From positions 94,798,001 through 94,862,000 of the forward strand of contig OZ024742.1 in the NCBI GenBank assembly GCA_964016885.1: 64,000 bases of DNA, given 5' to 3'. The stretch is from Eledone cirrhosa. Its lineage: Eukaryota. Numbering within the stretch: the stretch's first letter is position 1; every line of letters begins with the position of its first letter. Below the pieces are notes generated by a model that saw only the letters and a list, made by a program, of their open reading frames with translations, was not told the origin of the DNA and made no database searches. This document shows, piece by piece, positions 13,315-24,675 of this stretch. Position numbers and translations under genes: made by a program.

Positions 13315-13427
13315 ATTTTGAGAAACACACAGATACATGCGGACACATACATATACATGAATATATCCACATCCATCCTTGAGTTAATGGTGCCAACCTT
13401 AACCGATGAAGCTAGTAGAATGAGGTA

Positions 13428-13517
13428 TCCTCTTGATAAGTCGGCAGACCTCACAAAAGCTCTATATCTCTATGATGTATTGTTTTTGATTATGCCACGA
13501 AACTACGTAGTCGAGGA
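13428..13517 (+). ncRNA. Degenerate type I hammerhead motif with long stem II
   Basis: UCCUC-UUGAUAA-GUCGGCA...UGCCAC-GAAA-CUACGUAG-UC-GAGGA: stem I UCCUC/GAGGA, palindromic stem III, two core substitutions relative to CUGAUGA. Confidence 0.6.
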
Positions 13518-14104
13518 ATCTAGAAGCAGTTTAGGTATGATACATCTTATTACTAATTATATCTAAATGTTTCTTCTCTCTTCATAATATATATATATAT
13601 ATATATATATATGTTAAAAAAGCATATTCTAAATGTAAAGTTAAGTAAAAAAGATAACTTTGAGAACATCAAAAAGAAAAGTCTCAATATCTAAAATTGG
13701 AAAACATTTTTCATCAAATGATGCGATGTGTGTATGTATTTGTACTTATGTGAGTATGTGTGGTGTCTCTATTGGCTATCAAATGGATATCTATGATATC
13801 TCGTTTATGAACATAAGAAACTGTACAGGATTATATGACACCTTCCTTGATTTCAGGTGGACATACCAGATTTCTATTAACAGAAATCATGTTAGCATGC
13901 ACACACGCACACACATACCTACAGATATGTATACAGATATATATATATGTATAAACACACCCACATTTAAATGATGTTTGTATCCATACATATATCATTG
14001 TTTAACATCCATTTTGTCCTGCCAGCAAGGGTTATCTTTATATGTATGTATGTGTGTTTATGTGTGTTTAATAGCATAAGAACATATATTTATATATATA
14101 TATG

Positions 14105-15663
14105 TGTCCATCAGGGCTCTGTTCTTAGCCCCCTACTATTTATTATTGCCCTTCAGGCTATAACAGAGGAGTTCAAGACCGGCTGCCCATGGGAACTCCT
14201 ATACGCAGATGATCTAACGCTCATAGCTGAATCAATGACCGAACTAGAGAAGAAATTCCAAACATGGAAGCACGGCCTAGAATCAAAAGGCCTTAAAATT
14301 AACCTGGCTAAGACTAAAGTTCTAGTTTGTAGGAAAGAAAATAAGGCAGCAGTCCCATCTGGGAAATGGCCATGCTCAGTGTGTAGGAAAGGCGTAGGTA
14401 GAAACTCCATTTTATGTCCCAAATGCAAAGTATGGGTGCATAAAAGATGTAGTGGGATCACAGGTAAGCTAACTAAGAACATAGATTTTACATGTGGCCG
14501 GTGCTCTGGTGCAATAAGTAGCAGCAAGTGCCCAAAAAATACTAGCTCCTTCAACTGCGCAGAGGGTTCTATAGAAATAGTGGACAGCTTCCATTACCTG
14601 GGTGACAAAATCAGCAGTGGGGGAGGGTGCTCTGAAAGTACAGTAGCTAGAGTCAGAACTGGATGGAAAAAGTTCAGAGAGCTTATACCACTATTAGCCG
14701 CTAGAGGGTTCTCCCTAAAAATGAAAGGCAGGTTATATGATGCCTGCATACGAACAGCAATGCTGCTTGGCAGTGAGACCTGGGCATTGTGTGCAGAGGA
14801 TATACGCAGACTAGAGAGGAACGAAGCTTGCATGCTCCGCTGGATGTGCAATAGTAATATACGTGAACGGCAAAGCATAAATGAACTAAGGAAAAAATTA
14901 GAAATAAGAGGGATCAGATGTTGTTTACTCGAGAGAAGGCTACGTTGGTACGGTCACGTGATGCACATGAAAGACGACAGCTGTATAACAAAGTGCAGGG
15001 CAATAAAGATAGACGGTAGCCACGGAGTAGGCAGACCCAGAAAAACATGGGACGAGCTGATAAATTCCGACCTCACACGCTTACACCTCTCCAAGACAAT
15101 GTCACTGGACCGAGACCTTTGGCGGTACTCAGTAATAGAGAAGACCCGCCTTACCTAAATACAAAGTAAAAACCTACTACAGTCAGTAGGCATCTCTATC
15201 ACCCCCCCCCCCCGTCCCACCACCTCCACCCCATCCACACCGCCCCTTTCAATGTAAAGTTATGTTGGTCCCACAACATCCAGGCCGAAACAAATGAGAT
15301 CGTGTAGGTGTCACGACAAAAAAAACACACAGTCCACGCTGTAAATGTGGCCGTGTAGGCAACACGGTAAAAACCTCCCAGCCCCACACTGTAAATGTGG
15401 TTGGTGTTAGGAAGGGCATCCAGCTGTAGAAAACCTGCCAGACAGTCCACGCTGTAATATGGCCGTGTAGGCAACACGGTAAAAACCTCCCAGCCCCACA
15501 CTGTAAATGTGGTTGGTGTTAGGAAGGGCATCCAACTGTAGAAAACCCGCCAGACAGTCCTATGCGAGCAAGACAACCACTCTTGCCTCAAGTGGGAAAA
15601 CCCCCGTCCAAACCCATGCAAGCGTGGAACACGGACGCTAAACCTGATGATGATGATGATGAT
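14105..15663 (+). mobile_element. RTE-clade LINE, 5'-truncated, uninterrupted RT C-terminal ORF (family A)
   Basis: VHQGSVLSPLLF, LLYADD, Cys/His finger, [20 protein letters not shown]; stop at 15158; 3' UTR and (GAT)n tail. The first ~45 aa of the tracked ORF are flanking microsatellite. Confidence 0.95.
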
Positions 15664-17897
15664 ATATATATATATATATAAATATTATTTTCTGCACATT
15701 TATATCTTCAAGTCCTGTGAATATTTTTTGTATTTCTAGTGTTATATAACTCATTAAAAATGACTTTATAGGGCCAAATATCTCCTGTAGAAGTTATTTA
15801 CTCTTGTCACACAAACACCACCCAAGCCATAACAAAAATGTATCTACAAATATTATGATATAGAGACATTCAAGGTAAACTGAAATATATTCTATTTATT
15901 AGAAACCATTCCAAACAATGACTGTAGCAATTTAGTTGAGCCCTCTGCTGGGCTTTTTATTTTTCTCTCTTTGATGAGTCTAACTGAGCATGTGGCATCC
16001 TCTTTAGTTCTAGTTTCATGATAAAATGCACTCAGTACATACTGTAAATTGTTAGTGTCGATGCCTTGATAGAATATAGTTAGTCAGCTATGTAAAGTGT
16101 TTGTGCTGGTATTGCAAAAACAATGCACCCAGTAAACTCTCCGGAATGTTAATGTTAGGAAGAGCATCATGCCATAGAATCCATGCCAAATATGTAATGT
16201 ATGAGTAAAATGAGTGCACTCTAATATCTCTAGTCTCAGACTGTGACCATATGTCCAACACATGACAGTGTGAAAGGTGAACATAAAATGAGGATGGTTA
16301 GAATTTTTAAATTTAATACCTGTATGTATAAATTTTCAATTTCATTTATTTACACCAAGCCTTCTTTGATATTTAATATTGAGGGTTTGCTGTGTATTCT
16401 AATTTTTTTATGCATGAGAGGCCTTCCAAACCTGAAGTGTCCTGGGCCCCATGGTCTACACTTAACTACCTGAGATTTTCTTGAAACTCAGTAGATATAT
16501 TTAACTAAGTTATGCAAAATTTCAGAAATTTCAGACTTTTATACCTTCTAATTCTTATGTGATAGTCCATGGTATATGGGAGTTAAAGGTGATTTCCACA
16601 GAATTAGCTATAGCATCATACATATTTGTCTTATTGGCTTGAATGTTAGACCATTTAAAAGCTTTTTATCTCTTCTACATTTTACATTCAATGCAACTCT
16701 AAGAAATGACAAACATGTGAAGGGACTACACATTAAATTTGATCAAAGAAACCAAATTTCTATACGTCTGTACATTGTTGATATCATCTGCAAGTTGCCA
16801 CTCCTGACATGAGGCAGGATTTGAACACAGAATGCATAGAGCCTTGTCAGATGCTCCAACATATCATATCCAACTCTTAACATATACCCAAGCCACCACC
16901 TCTAGAGTAGTATTTTATTTATTGGCCTTAGGATGTAAAGCAAAGATAAACATAGAACGATTTTAACTCAGCACAGAGAAAGAGACAGACAGAACAAATA
17001 TTGAGGTATTTAACCTCCTGCTCCAACAACTCTGCCATTTTGTCATCTAGTGAAAATGTGATATTTCAACCCCAGCCAGGATATTCCTTATGTCTATATC
17101 TTAGCATTAAGTCTCTTTCTTTTACCAGCCAGGCATAAAAAGAGAACAAATATATATTTATTACTCTCATTTAATATAGTGAAGGAATATATTACAAATG
17201 AAAAATCAAAATTAAGAGAAAAAATGGTGAAGGCAGGTGAAGATGAAAAGGGCAAATTTTACACCCTCAGCTGGACAATGTATCTCTGCTGTGACCTGTG
17301 GACAAGATGGCAAAAGCATTGCTACAGAGAACAATGAGTGATGCCACATGCATCAGTCATTCCACCTCAGGAGTGAGACATTCATTCTGATTTTGTAGAG
17401 AAAAATGGCAGTCTAAGAACCAAGAAACTTGGAGGTCTTGATGTGACTAACACAAAAGGAATTGTTCCATCAATACCAAGCATTTAGTCATCTTTCGCTC
17501 ATCTACAATGAGAAATAATTTGAACAAATGTTTTGAAACTTTCACACTTTTCCCCTCCATTATTATCCATGGTCACTATGTTATTACAAACTTATTTTAT
17601 TCTAGAATAAGCTGGTATCTCCATTACTTAAAGTGTCACTTTTGCTAGTTCAGCAGGTACACAGAATTTTACTTTCATCAGTGGTTTATTTTGTGGAGTT
17701 CTGTGTTTTTCTGCATTTTAAACACCATTGTGGCTTTCTTAGCTTTTATAAATTTCCAAATTTTATGCACCACATTTTAAAACCGTTTGTTTTTGGTTCA
17801 AATTGTTTTCTACATTAAATTTCCATTCATTTTAGCTGCCTTCCTGTGTATTTCTCAGAATGATGTTTTACATACAAAATGATAATAGTTTATAGAA

Positions 17898-18078
17898 ATA
17901 ATTGTTTCTACTTTTGGCACAAGGCCAGTAATTAGCCAGTGTATTACTGGTACTTTATTTTATCGACCCCATAAGGAGGAAAGGCAAAGTTAACCTCGGC
18001 AGGATTTGAACTCAGAATGGCAAGGGCCGTAACTCTATGCGTCAAAGCATGTCGTCCGACCCCCTACCGATACTGCCA
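17898..18078 (-). mobile_element. SINE family 2 copy
   Basis: Near match to 6810-6997 and 57601-57795. Confidence 0.85.
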
Positions 18079-18887
18079 AATGACAAGATTTGAATAAATT
18101 TCAAGGATGGTTGTTTTGTGAAAATGCAATTATCATCATCATCATTTTAAATCTGTTTTCCATGCTGACATTGGTCAGAAATAGGTCATAATGAACTAAA
18201 TCAATCTCTAATCAGAGCTACAGTAATCTTAAAAGATTTGAGGAATTACACACTACTCAATGTCCCTTTTTTTGGCATGATTTTTATTGGTGAATGTCCT
18301 GCCTAATGTCAAACACTTTAGAGTTTACTGGTTACAATTCATCATGGCACCAACATTGAAGAGATTATCATAACCTTGACATTCTCCAAAAGTTCTCTCT
18401 ACTCTTTTTGGCATAGCTTTTACAGCTGCATGCTCTAGTTTATGTAATTTTACTAAGTATACTGTGCGTATTTTAAGTCACCAACACTAAAGGGGTTGTC
18501 ATTTCCTTGACGTGACTGAAGCATCCTTTCTACTGCATATTCATATCTGAAAATGCAAACCACTTTACAAACTTTACCAAGTTCCTTTTGTCAGGTCATT
18601 ACTGACAGGCAACAGGTTCCAAGGTGAGCATGGCCAGTAGCTTATAATTGAATATTAAAGGGACCATTAGAAAGGATCACCTTATTTCAAGGCAAACATA
18701 ATTAAAAGAACAGTGGTTGCTAACATGGACATAGATGTATTGTTATGAGTATCATAGGGAAGACAGTGCAATGTGTGTCACTAAGACTGTGTGTTAATTG
18801 ATGTGTTTTTAAAATATACTGCACATAAACTTTGAATAAGTTAAGTCATTTAATTGTAATAAAAAGCAAATGTTTCTCCATATTGAG

Positions 18888-18918
18888 CAGCCAGGGAACA
18901 CCTGGTACCCTTGCTAGT
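18888..18918 (+). mobile_element. Probable Helitron 3' terminus
   Basis: Hairpin CCAGG-GAACA-CCTGG followed 8 nt later by CTAG|T, the canonical Helitron 3' signature. 5' end not identified. Confidence 0.5.
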
Positions 18919-19589
18919 TAAATAGGTAATCATTAAGTGGATAGGTGTTTGGGGATCCCAGTTATATTATTTTCAGTTTGTAAAAATAGTCTTGTCTTTG
19001 TGTACTGGAATATCAATTCCAGTACTACTACTTGTATGTTTTTTTGTTAAGAGCAAGTGCATATTTTATTAATCTCTTTTTGTTGAACTGCTATGTTATG
19101 GTAAACAAACAGACAGTAAACACTCAACACATACGAACATATATAACAAACTTCTGCAAAGTTTCCATCTTCCAAATTACCCTCACAAAGCATTGGTTAA
19201 CCCAAAGCTATTATAGATGAGTCTTCCTTAAGGAGTCATGCAGTGGGACTGAACTTAAGGCCAAGCATTTGTGAAATCAACTTCTGAAGGACACAATCAT
19301 GTTTATATGTATAGAATGTTTTCTGTTACTGTTGGGTGGTTTTCTATTTCCCATAAATATTTGAAATAATAAACTTGGTTTTAGATATTTTCTACTAAAT
19401 TATTACTGGATGTTAAGAGTTATATTAGTATTCAGTGTCATAAATAATATTCATTCTGTTTCTAGTGTTGCTATTCAGTCTTCCAGTTTCAGGACAACAA
19501 GGTTCTGGTCTTCATTGGTAGATTGCCTTAACAAGATGTCAGGTGATGTTTGTGAGAGTACCTGTTTGTTTCAGTACATTAAATCCACC

Positions 19590-20520
19590 ACCAACATCAT
19601 CGTTTAACATCTATTTTCATACCTAGTAAGGGTTAAACAAATTGTCCCATTGTGAGATAGGCCAGGAAAGGTGATCATATCTTGCTCATACAGAACTATT
19701 TCTGGCTTGGTTTCTACAGCTAGATGCCCTTCCTAATGTCAACCACCTTTACAGTGTAATATTGGTGGTTTTTGATGTGACACCTACATAACCACTTTAG
19801 TGTGGACTGAATGCTTTTTATTATGCTACATACATGACCACTTTACAGTGTGGATTTGGGGCTTTTTATCATGAAACCATGATGACCACTTTACAGTGTG
19901 GGCTGGGTGCTTTTTTTCGGGATACAAACACAAACATTTTACAGTTTGGACTGGGTGTTTTGTGTTGTGGCACCAACATGACCACTTTATGGTGTAGGAT
20001 GGTGTGGGGTGGTGTAAATGGTGGGGTGTTAGGACATGTGAGGTGTATGGGTGGGTGTGAGGATAGGGGTTAAGTGGTGCATACTAGAATGTTTGCTTCA
20101 ATCAGTGCACATGGGAAGACAGGACATCTGTATTACTGCATAATGCCAAAGATCTCGATCCTGTGCCATCACCTTCGAGAGGTGCAATTATGCAAGGTCA
20201 GCTTTTATCACCTGACCCCAGGTCTTCCTAGGTCTTCCTATTCCATATCTTCCATCAACTTTGATGAGCCTGCACCTTTTTATTGAGCTGTCATTCTTCA
20301 TATGCATCACATGGCCATACCAATGCAATCCCTTCTGTTGCACACTACATCTGATCCCTCTTATGCCCAGTTTCTCTCTCAGTTCATTTACAATTTAATG
20401 TTCATGTATATTACCATTACACATCTATCAGAGCATGCAAGCTTCATTTCTTTCCAATCTTCGCAAGCCTTTTACACAGTGCCCAGGTCTCATTGCCATG
20501 CAACATTGTTGTTTGTATAC
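19590..20520 (-). mobile_element. Degenerate RTE LINE 3' fragment with minisatellite-bearing 3' UTR
   Basis: Reverse complement of WYGH/GRPRKTW-like segments; ~38-bp ACCACTTTACAGTGTGGACTGGGTG repeats. Confidence 0.8.
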
Positions 20521-20697
20521 AATGCTACGAGCATGTTGGCTTGCCTCAAAAATTTCCGACGATCCTTGTAGTGTGTGACCAATTGACATATTTACTGTTG
20601 TTTATTTTTCACTTTGATTGTATAGTGTTGTGTATATTTATAAGGTTACTAGCAATAATTAATTGATTATACGGATGTATTTCTATTTAATCATATT

Positions 20698-21144
20698 GAG
20701 GTGCATGGCTTAGTGGTTAGAGCATTAGGCTTGCAATCGAAAGGTTGTGAGTTCAATTCTCGGACCGGGTGATGTGTTGTTTCCTTGAGCAAGACACTTT
20801 ATTTCACATTGCTCCAGTTTACTCAGCTGTAGAAATGAGATGATAGAACTGGGTCCCTATCATTCCTCTGCAAAGTGGTCGTGGAGGTGCCACAGCAAAA
20901 AAAACACCAAGCCCACACTGTAAAGTGGACGTGTAGGCACCACAGAAAAAAAGCACCCAGCACTCACTGTAAATGAGGTTGGTGTTAAGAAGGGCATCCA
21001 ACTGTAGAAATCAAGCCAGAATCAGTTCCCGTATGAGCAAGACAAGGTCAGCCAACCGGACACTGCCAAAAGCAGGACAACCCGTCTAACCCATGCTAAC
21101 ATGGAAGAACGGACATAAAACGGTTATGATGAAGATGATGATGA
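20698..21144 (+). mobile_element. SINE family 1 head with RTE family B tail
   Basis: Same tRNA head and body as 7557; its tail matches the reverse complement of 45935-46190. Confidence 0.88.
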
Positions 21145-21299
21145 TATTTGTTATATGATAATAAAAAGTTACTGGCTCAAACAAACTAATGAAAGATATC
21201 AACTAAGAAGGTAACCTCTATGGAGTTAGTTTTTCAGCTAGAAATAGCAACCAAATCTCACCTAAACATAGATTATAGCACTTTAAACAGTTTATTGGG

Positions 21300-22390
21300 C
21301 AGAATAGATGCTTTTTGACTTGTCAACAGCTCAACCACTCAACAGAGTTGACCAGGCACCTTCTCTTATCCCACCAAGAGAATTACTTTACAGGGTAGAC
21401 TGGGTGCTTATTTGTCATGTCACTCGCACAACCACCTTGCAGGAAGGGCTCTTTTGCTGTGTAACTTTACAGGGATGATTCAGTGCTTTTTTTTTGTCAT
21501 GACACCAACACGAGCACCTTACATCTGGAACTGGGGGCTTTTGTTGTATTACCAGCATGACCACTGCACTGGGTGGACTGAGAGTGTTTATACATTTCAG
21601 CAGCATTGCAGGCGAGGGTGTTTAGCTTTCCATACTTGTATACATGGGTTGGTCAAAAGGAATCAGATAAGGAATGTGTGTGAGTGTGGGGGTATATGAG
21701 TTGGAGATTGAAGAGGTAGGTCTAGGGTGGGGTGTTAGGATGGATGGGGAAGGGGAAGAATTGGTGCATACTAGAGACCATTAGATGTTGCTTCATCCAG
21801 TGTACATGGGAATTGGGTCTTCTGCAGTACTGTATAATTCCAGAGCTCACGATCCAATGTCATCCCATTCGCAATCTGGATACTGTTCTTATGGAACACC
21901 TACTTTCACTGATAATTTGATCACCCAGGTAACAGTAATTATGAACTACCTGTACAGAGCTCTCTGGGAATTTAAAGAGCTATTATCTTGTGAGCTCTTG
22001 CTATTACTGCTCCTGTGCATCAGTTGTATACAAAACATATGTTCTTTACTATCCTGCCTAAGATCCAACTATATCTCTTGTGTACCCATAATTTCCATTT
22101 GGAACATGAATCTGGGCCCTGCTTTCCTTTCTACTTACCAGGACTTTGGTTTTGTCAAGTTGATTTTATGACATACTGCATCTAGACCATGCTTTCAAGT
22201 TTGGAATTGGTTCTCTAATCCTACCATGGTTTCAGTTAGAAGGGTTAGATCATCTGCGAAACAGAGTTCTCATGGGCAGCCAAGTCTTAAACTCTTCTGT
22301 TATAGCCTGCAAGAGGATGAAAAACATGAGAGGGCTAAGTATGTGAACCTGATATATTCTACCCATACACTAAATTCTTCACTATCATCA
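21300..22390 (-). mobile_element. Highly degenerate RTE LINE RT fragment
   Basis: Remnants of LGCPWELCFADDLT and YLGD, plus 3' UTR repeats. Confidence 0.7.
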
Positions 22391-22409
22391 CTGTTAACGA
22401 AAAATATTT

Positions 22410-22648
22410 CCACTCTTCCACATCATCCCTAGAGCACAGATCCAGCTCCATGCGATTTCTACCTCTTCCCTAAGTTGAAATCGAAGTTGAATGGTCATCA
22501 TTTTGGTACTGAAAATCATACAAAAATGTAACCTATGTGTAACTTCATAAGAGTAGTATTTTGAAAGTGATAACTTGTAGTTTCATGTAGGTCTAATATA
22601 TGTTTAAATAAAACATCAGTACCTTTTCTTTATCGACAAACTTCTTGT
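22410..22648 (+). mobile_element. Mariner transposase C-terminal remnant plus right end
   Basis: LPHHP*STDPAPCDFYLFPKLKSKL matches the mariner YSPDLAPxDFxLF motif, followed by a YFE-like end and a TIR-like terminus. Confidence 0.7.
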
Positions 22649-24325
22649 GTGTATGTAAGTGTGTGTGCGCCTGCGTGCGTGTGTGTATTCATGATGGGCC
22701 TCTGCAGTTTCTGTCAACCAAATTTCACTCACAAAACATTGATCTGCTTTAGGATATTTTAGAAGACATTTGTCCAGCATACCAGATGGTGGGAGTGAAC
22801 CTCCAAGCCATGGGATGGCAAAATGATATCTTAATCACATGAACATGCCTGCTCCTAAATAATATTCAATATTTGAATTGTAAATGTTATATATATATAC
22901 CAGAACCCCATGCATATGTCAGAAATGACCTTTTTTACATTGCTTGACCTAATATATGATTTCTATAAATGAACATTAATATCCATGTAGATGATTGCCA
23001 TAATATTGGAAAGATAGAAAGGATTGACTTCCATTACCTTCTCTCTAAGCTAGCACTATTTTAGGATTTTTCAGTTGAGAATCTCTATTTTGATTCTGGT
23101 AGTACTTTAACCATTTTTATGCCAATATGACAAAAACTAGCTCTGGATCTTTGAAATGAAAAGGGTACCTATTTAAATTTAAATTCTAGCATAAGGATGA
23201 AATGACTGTATGAGAACAGTGGTGGAAATGAAAGTGGAAGGGAGTAGCAGAAGTGGAAGACCAAATATGAGGAGGAAATGAATGCCTGATGGCAGGTGAA
23301 CAGACAATGCAGATGATGGAGCAAAGTGGAAGTGTTTGTCATGAGAGCCACACAGCTAACCCTTGCTTTATCCAGGAAAATGACCTGTAAATGCTGGTTG
23401 TTTTGTTCAGTACTCTAATATCATCATAATCATTTTACGTCCACTTTGATATAGTTGCATTATTAAATTGAATATATAATAATTTCTTGCAACCAATAAA
23501 AGCTTATTTTTAAACCTGCTTGAGGCATAGCAGAAATATGGAAATATCCAAAGTGGTTGAAAGGGGCATATAGTATTATGACCTGTTATAACCTGTTACA
23601 CAATTTGGTGATGGTAAGTATGGACTGTCATGAAAAATGCAGGCCTTGTAATTTTCTTAGTGTGATCAGGCCTAGAAGTCTTAAAACATTGGTTTATCAG
23701 CTTGTATGGTATTTGGGAAAATGGGTTATGTAGCTAGGAGGATGCATACATTGCAGAGTTAACCAGTTGATGAGCCTGTGTTAAGAGTTCTGGCCTTAAT
23801 ACTAAGTACTACTGTTATTGTATTTCATCTCCAGACAATGTACAGTAAATCTGTTTGCATTGAGTGACAAGTTTGACTCATTGTTTATGCTTGAGTGACT
23901 CTCACTAGGAAGGGCATTTAGCTGGAAAAACAATTGCTCCAGTTGTTAGTAATGTTAATACTGATGTCAAAATTTACAGAAACAATCTCATGGCCACTAC
24001 AATGGAAACAATGTCTGTCAAGATAGTAAATATAAGTGCGTGTGTATAGTGTCTGTATATATACACACAAGTGCCTGCGTAAATACATGCATATATACTC
24101 ACATACATGCTCACAAATATATACATATATACATTAATGCACACAGACATATATACCTACACTCACATATATACACACACTCACACATACAAACATTTAC
24201 ATACGCACATATACCTCAAGATATTTACATGTACAAGCACTGACACACACAAAAAAAAAAAATATACATATATATATACACATTTACATATATATATATA
24301 TATATATACATATATACATACACAT

Positions 24326-24675
24326 GGAGGCACATGGCTTAGTGGTTAGAGCATTGGCCTTGCAATCGAAAGGTTGTGAGTTCAATTCTCAGACCGAGTG
24401 ATGTGTTGTTTCCTTGAGCAAGACACTTTATTTCACATTGCTCCAGTTTACTCAGCTGTATAAATGAGATGATAGGACTGGGGTCACTATCATTCCACTG
24501 CAAAGTGGTCGTGGAGGTGCCACGGCATAAAAGCATCCAGCACTCACTGCAAATGAGATTGGTGTTAGAAAGCGCATCCAGCTGTAGTAATCAAGCCAGA
24601 ATCAGTTCTCGTCCCACCCTTGCTAGCAGGGACAAGCGGACGTAAAATGAAATGATGATGAAAATGAAATGATGA
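24326..24675 (+). mobile_element. SINE family 1, full length
   Basis: GGAGGCACATGGCTTAGTGG...GAGTTCAATTC...RTE family C-type tail. Confidence 0.9.

Noticed and set aside
24326-24400. tRNA gene
   Set aside because: A/B boxes continue into a multi-copy SINE body and LINE tail; no proper acceptor stem.
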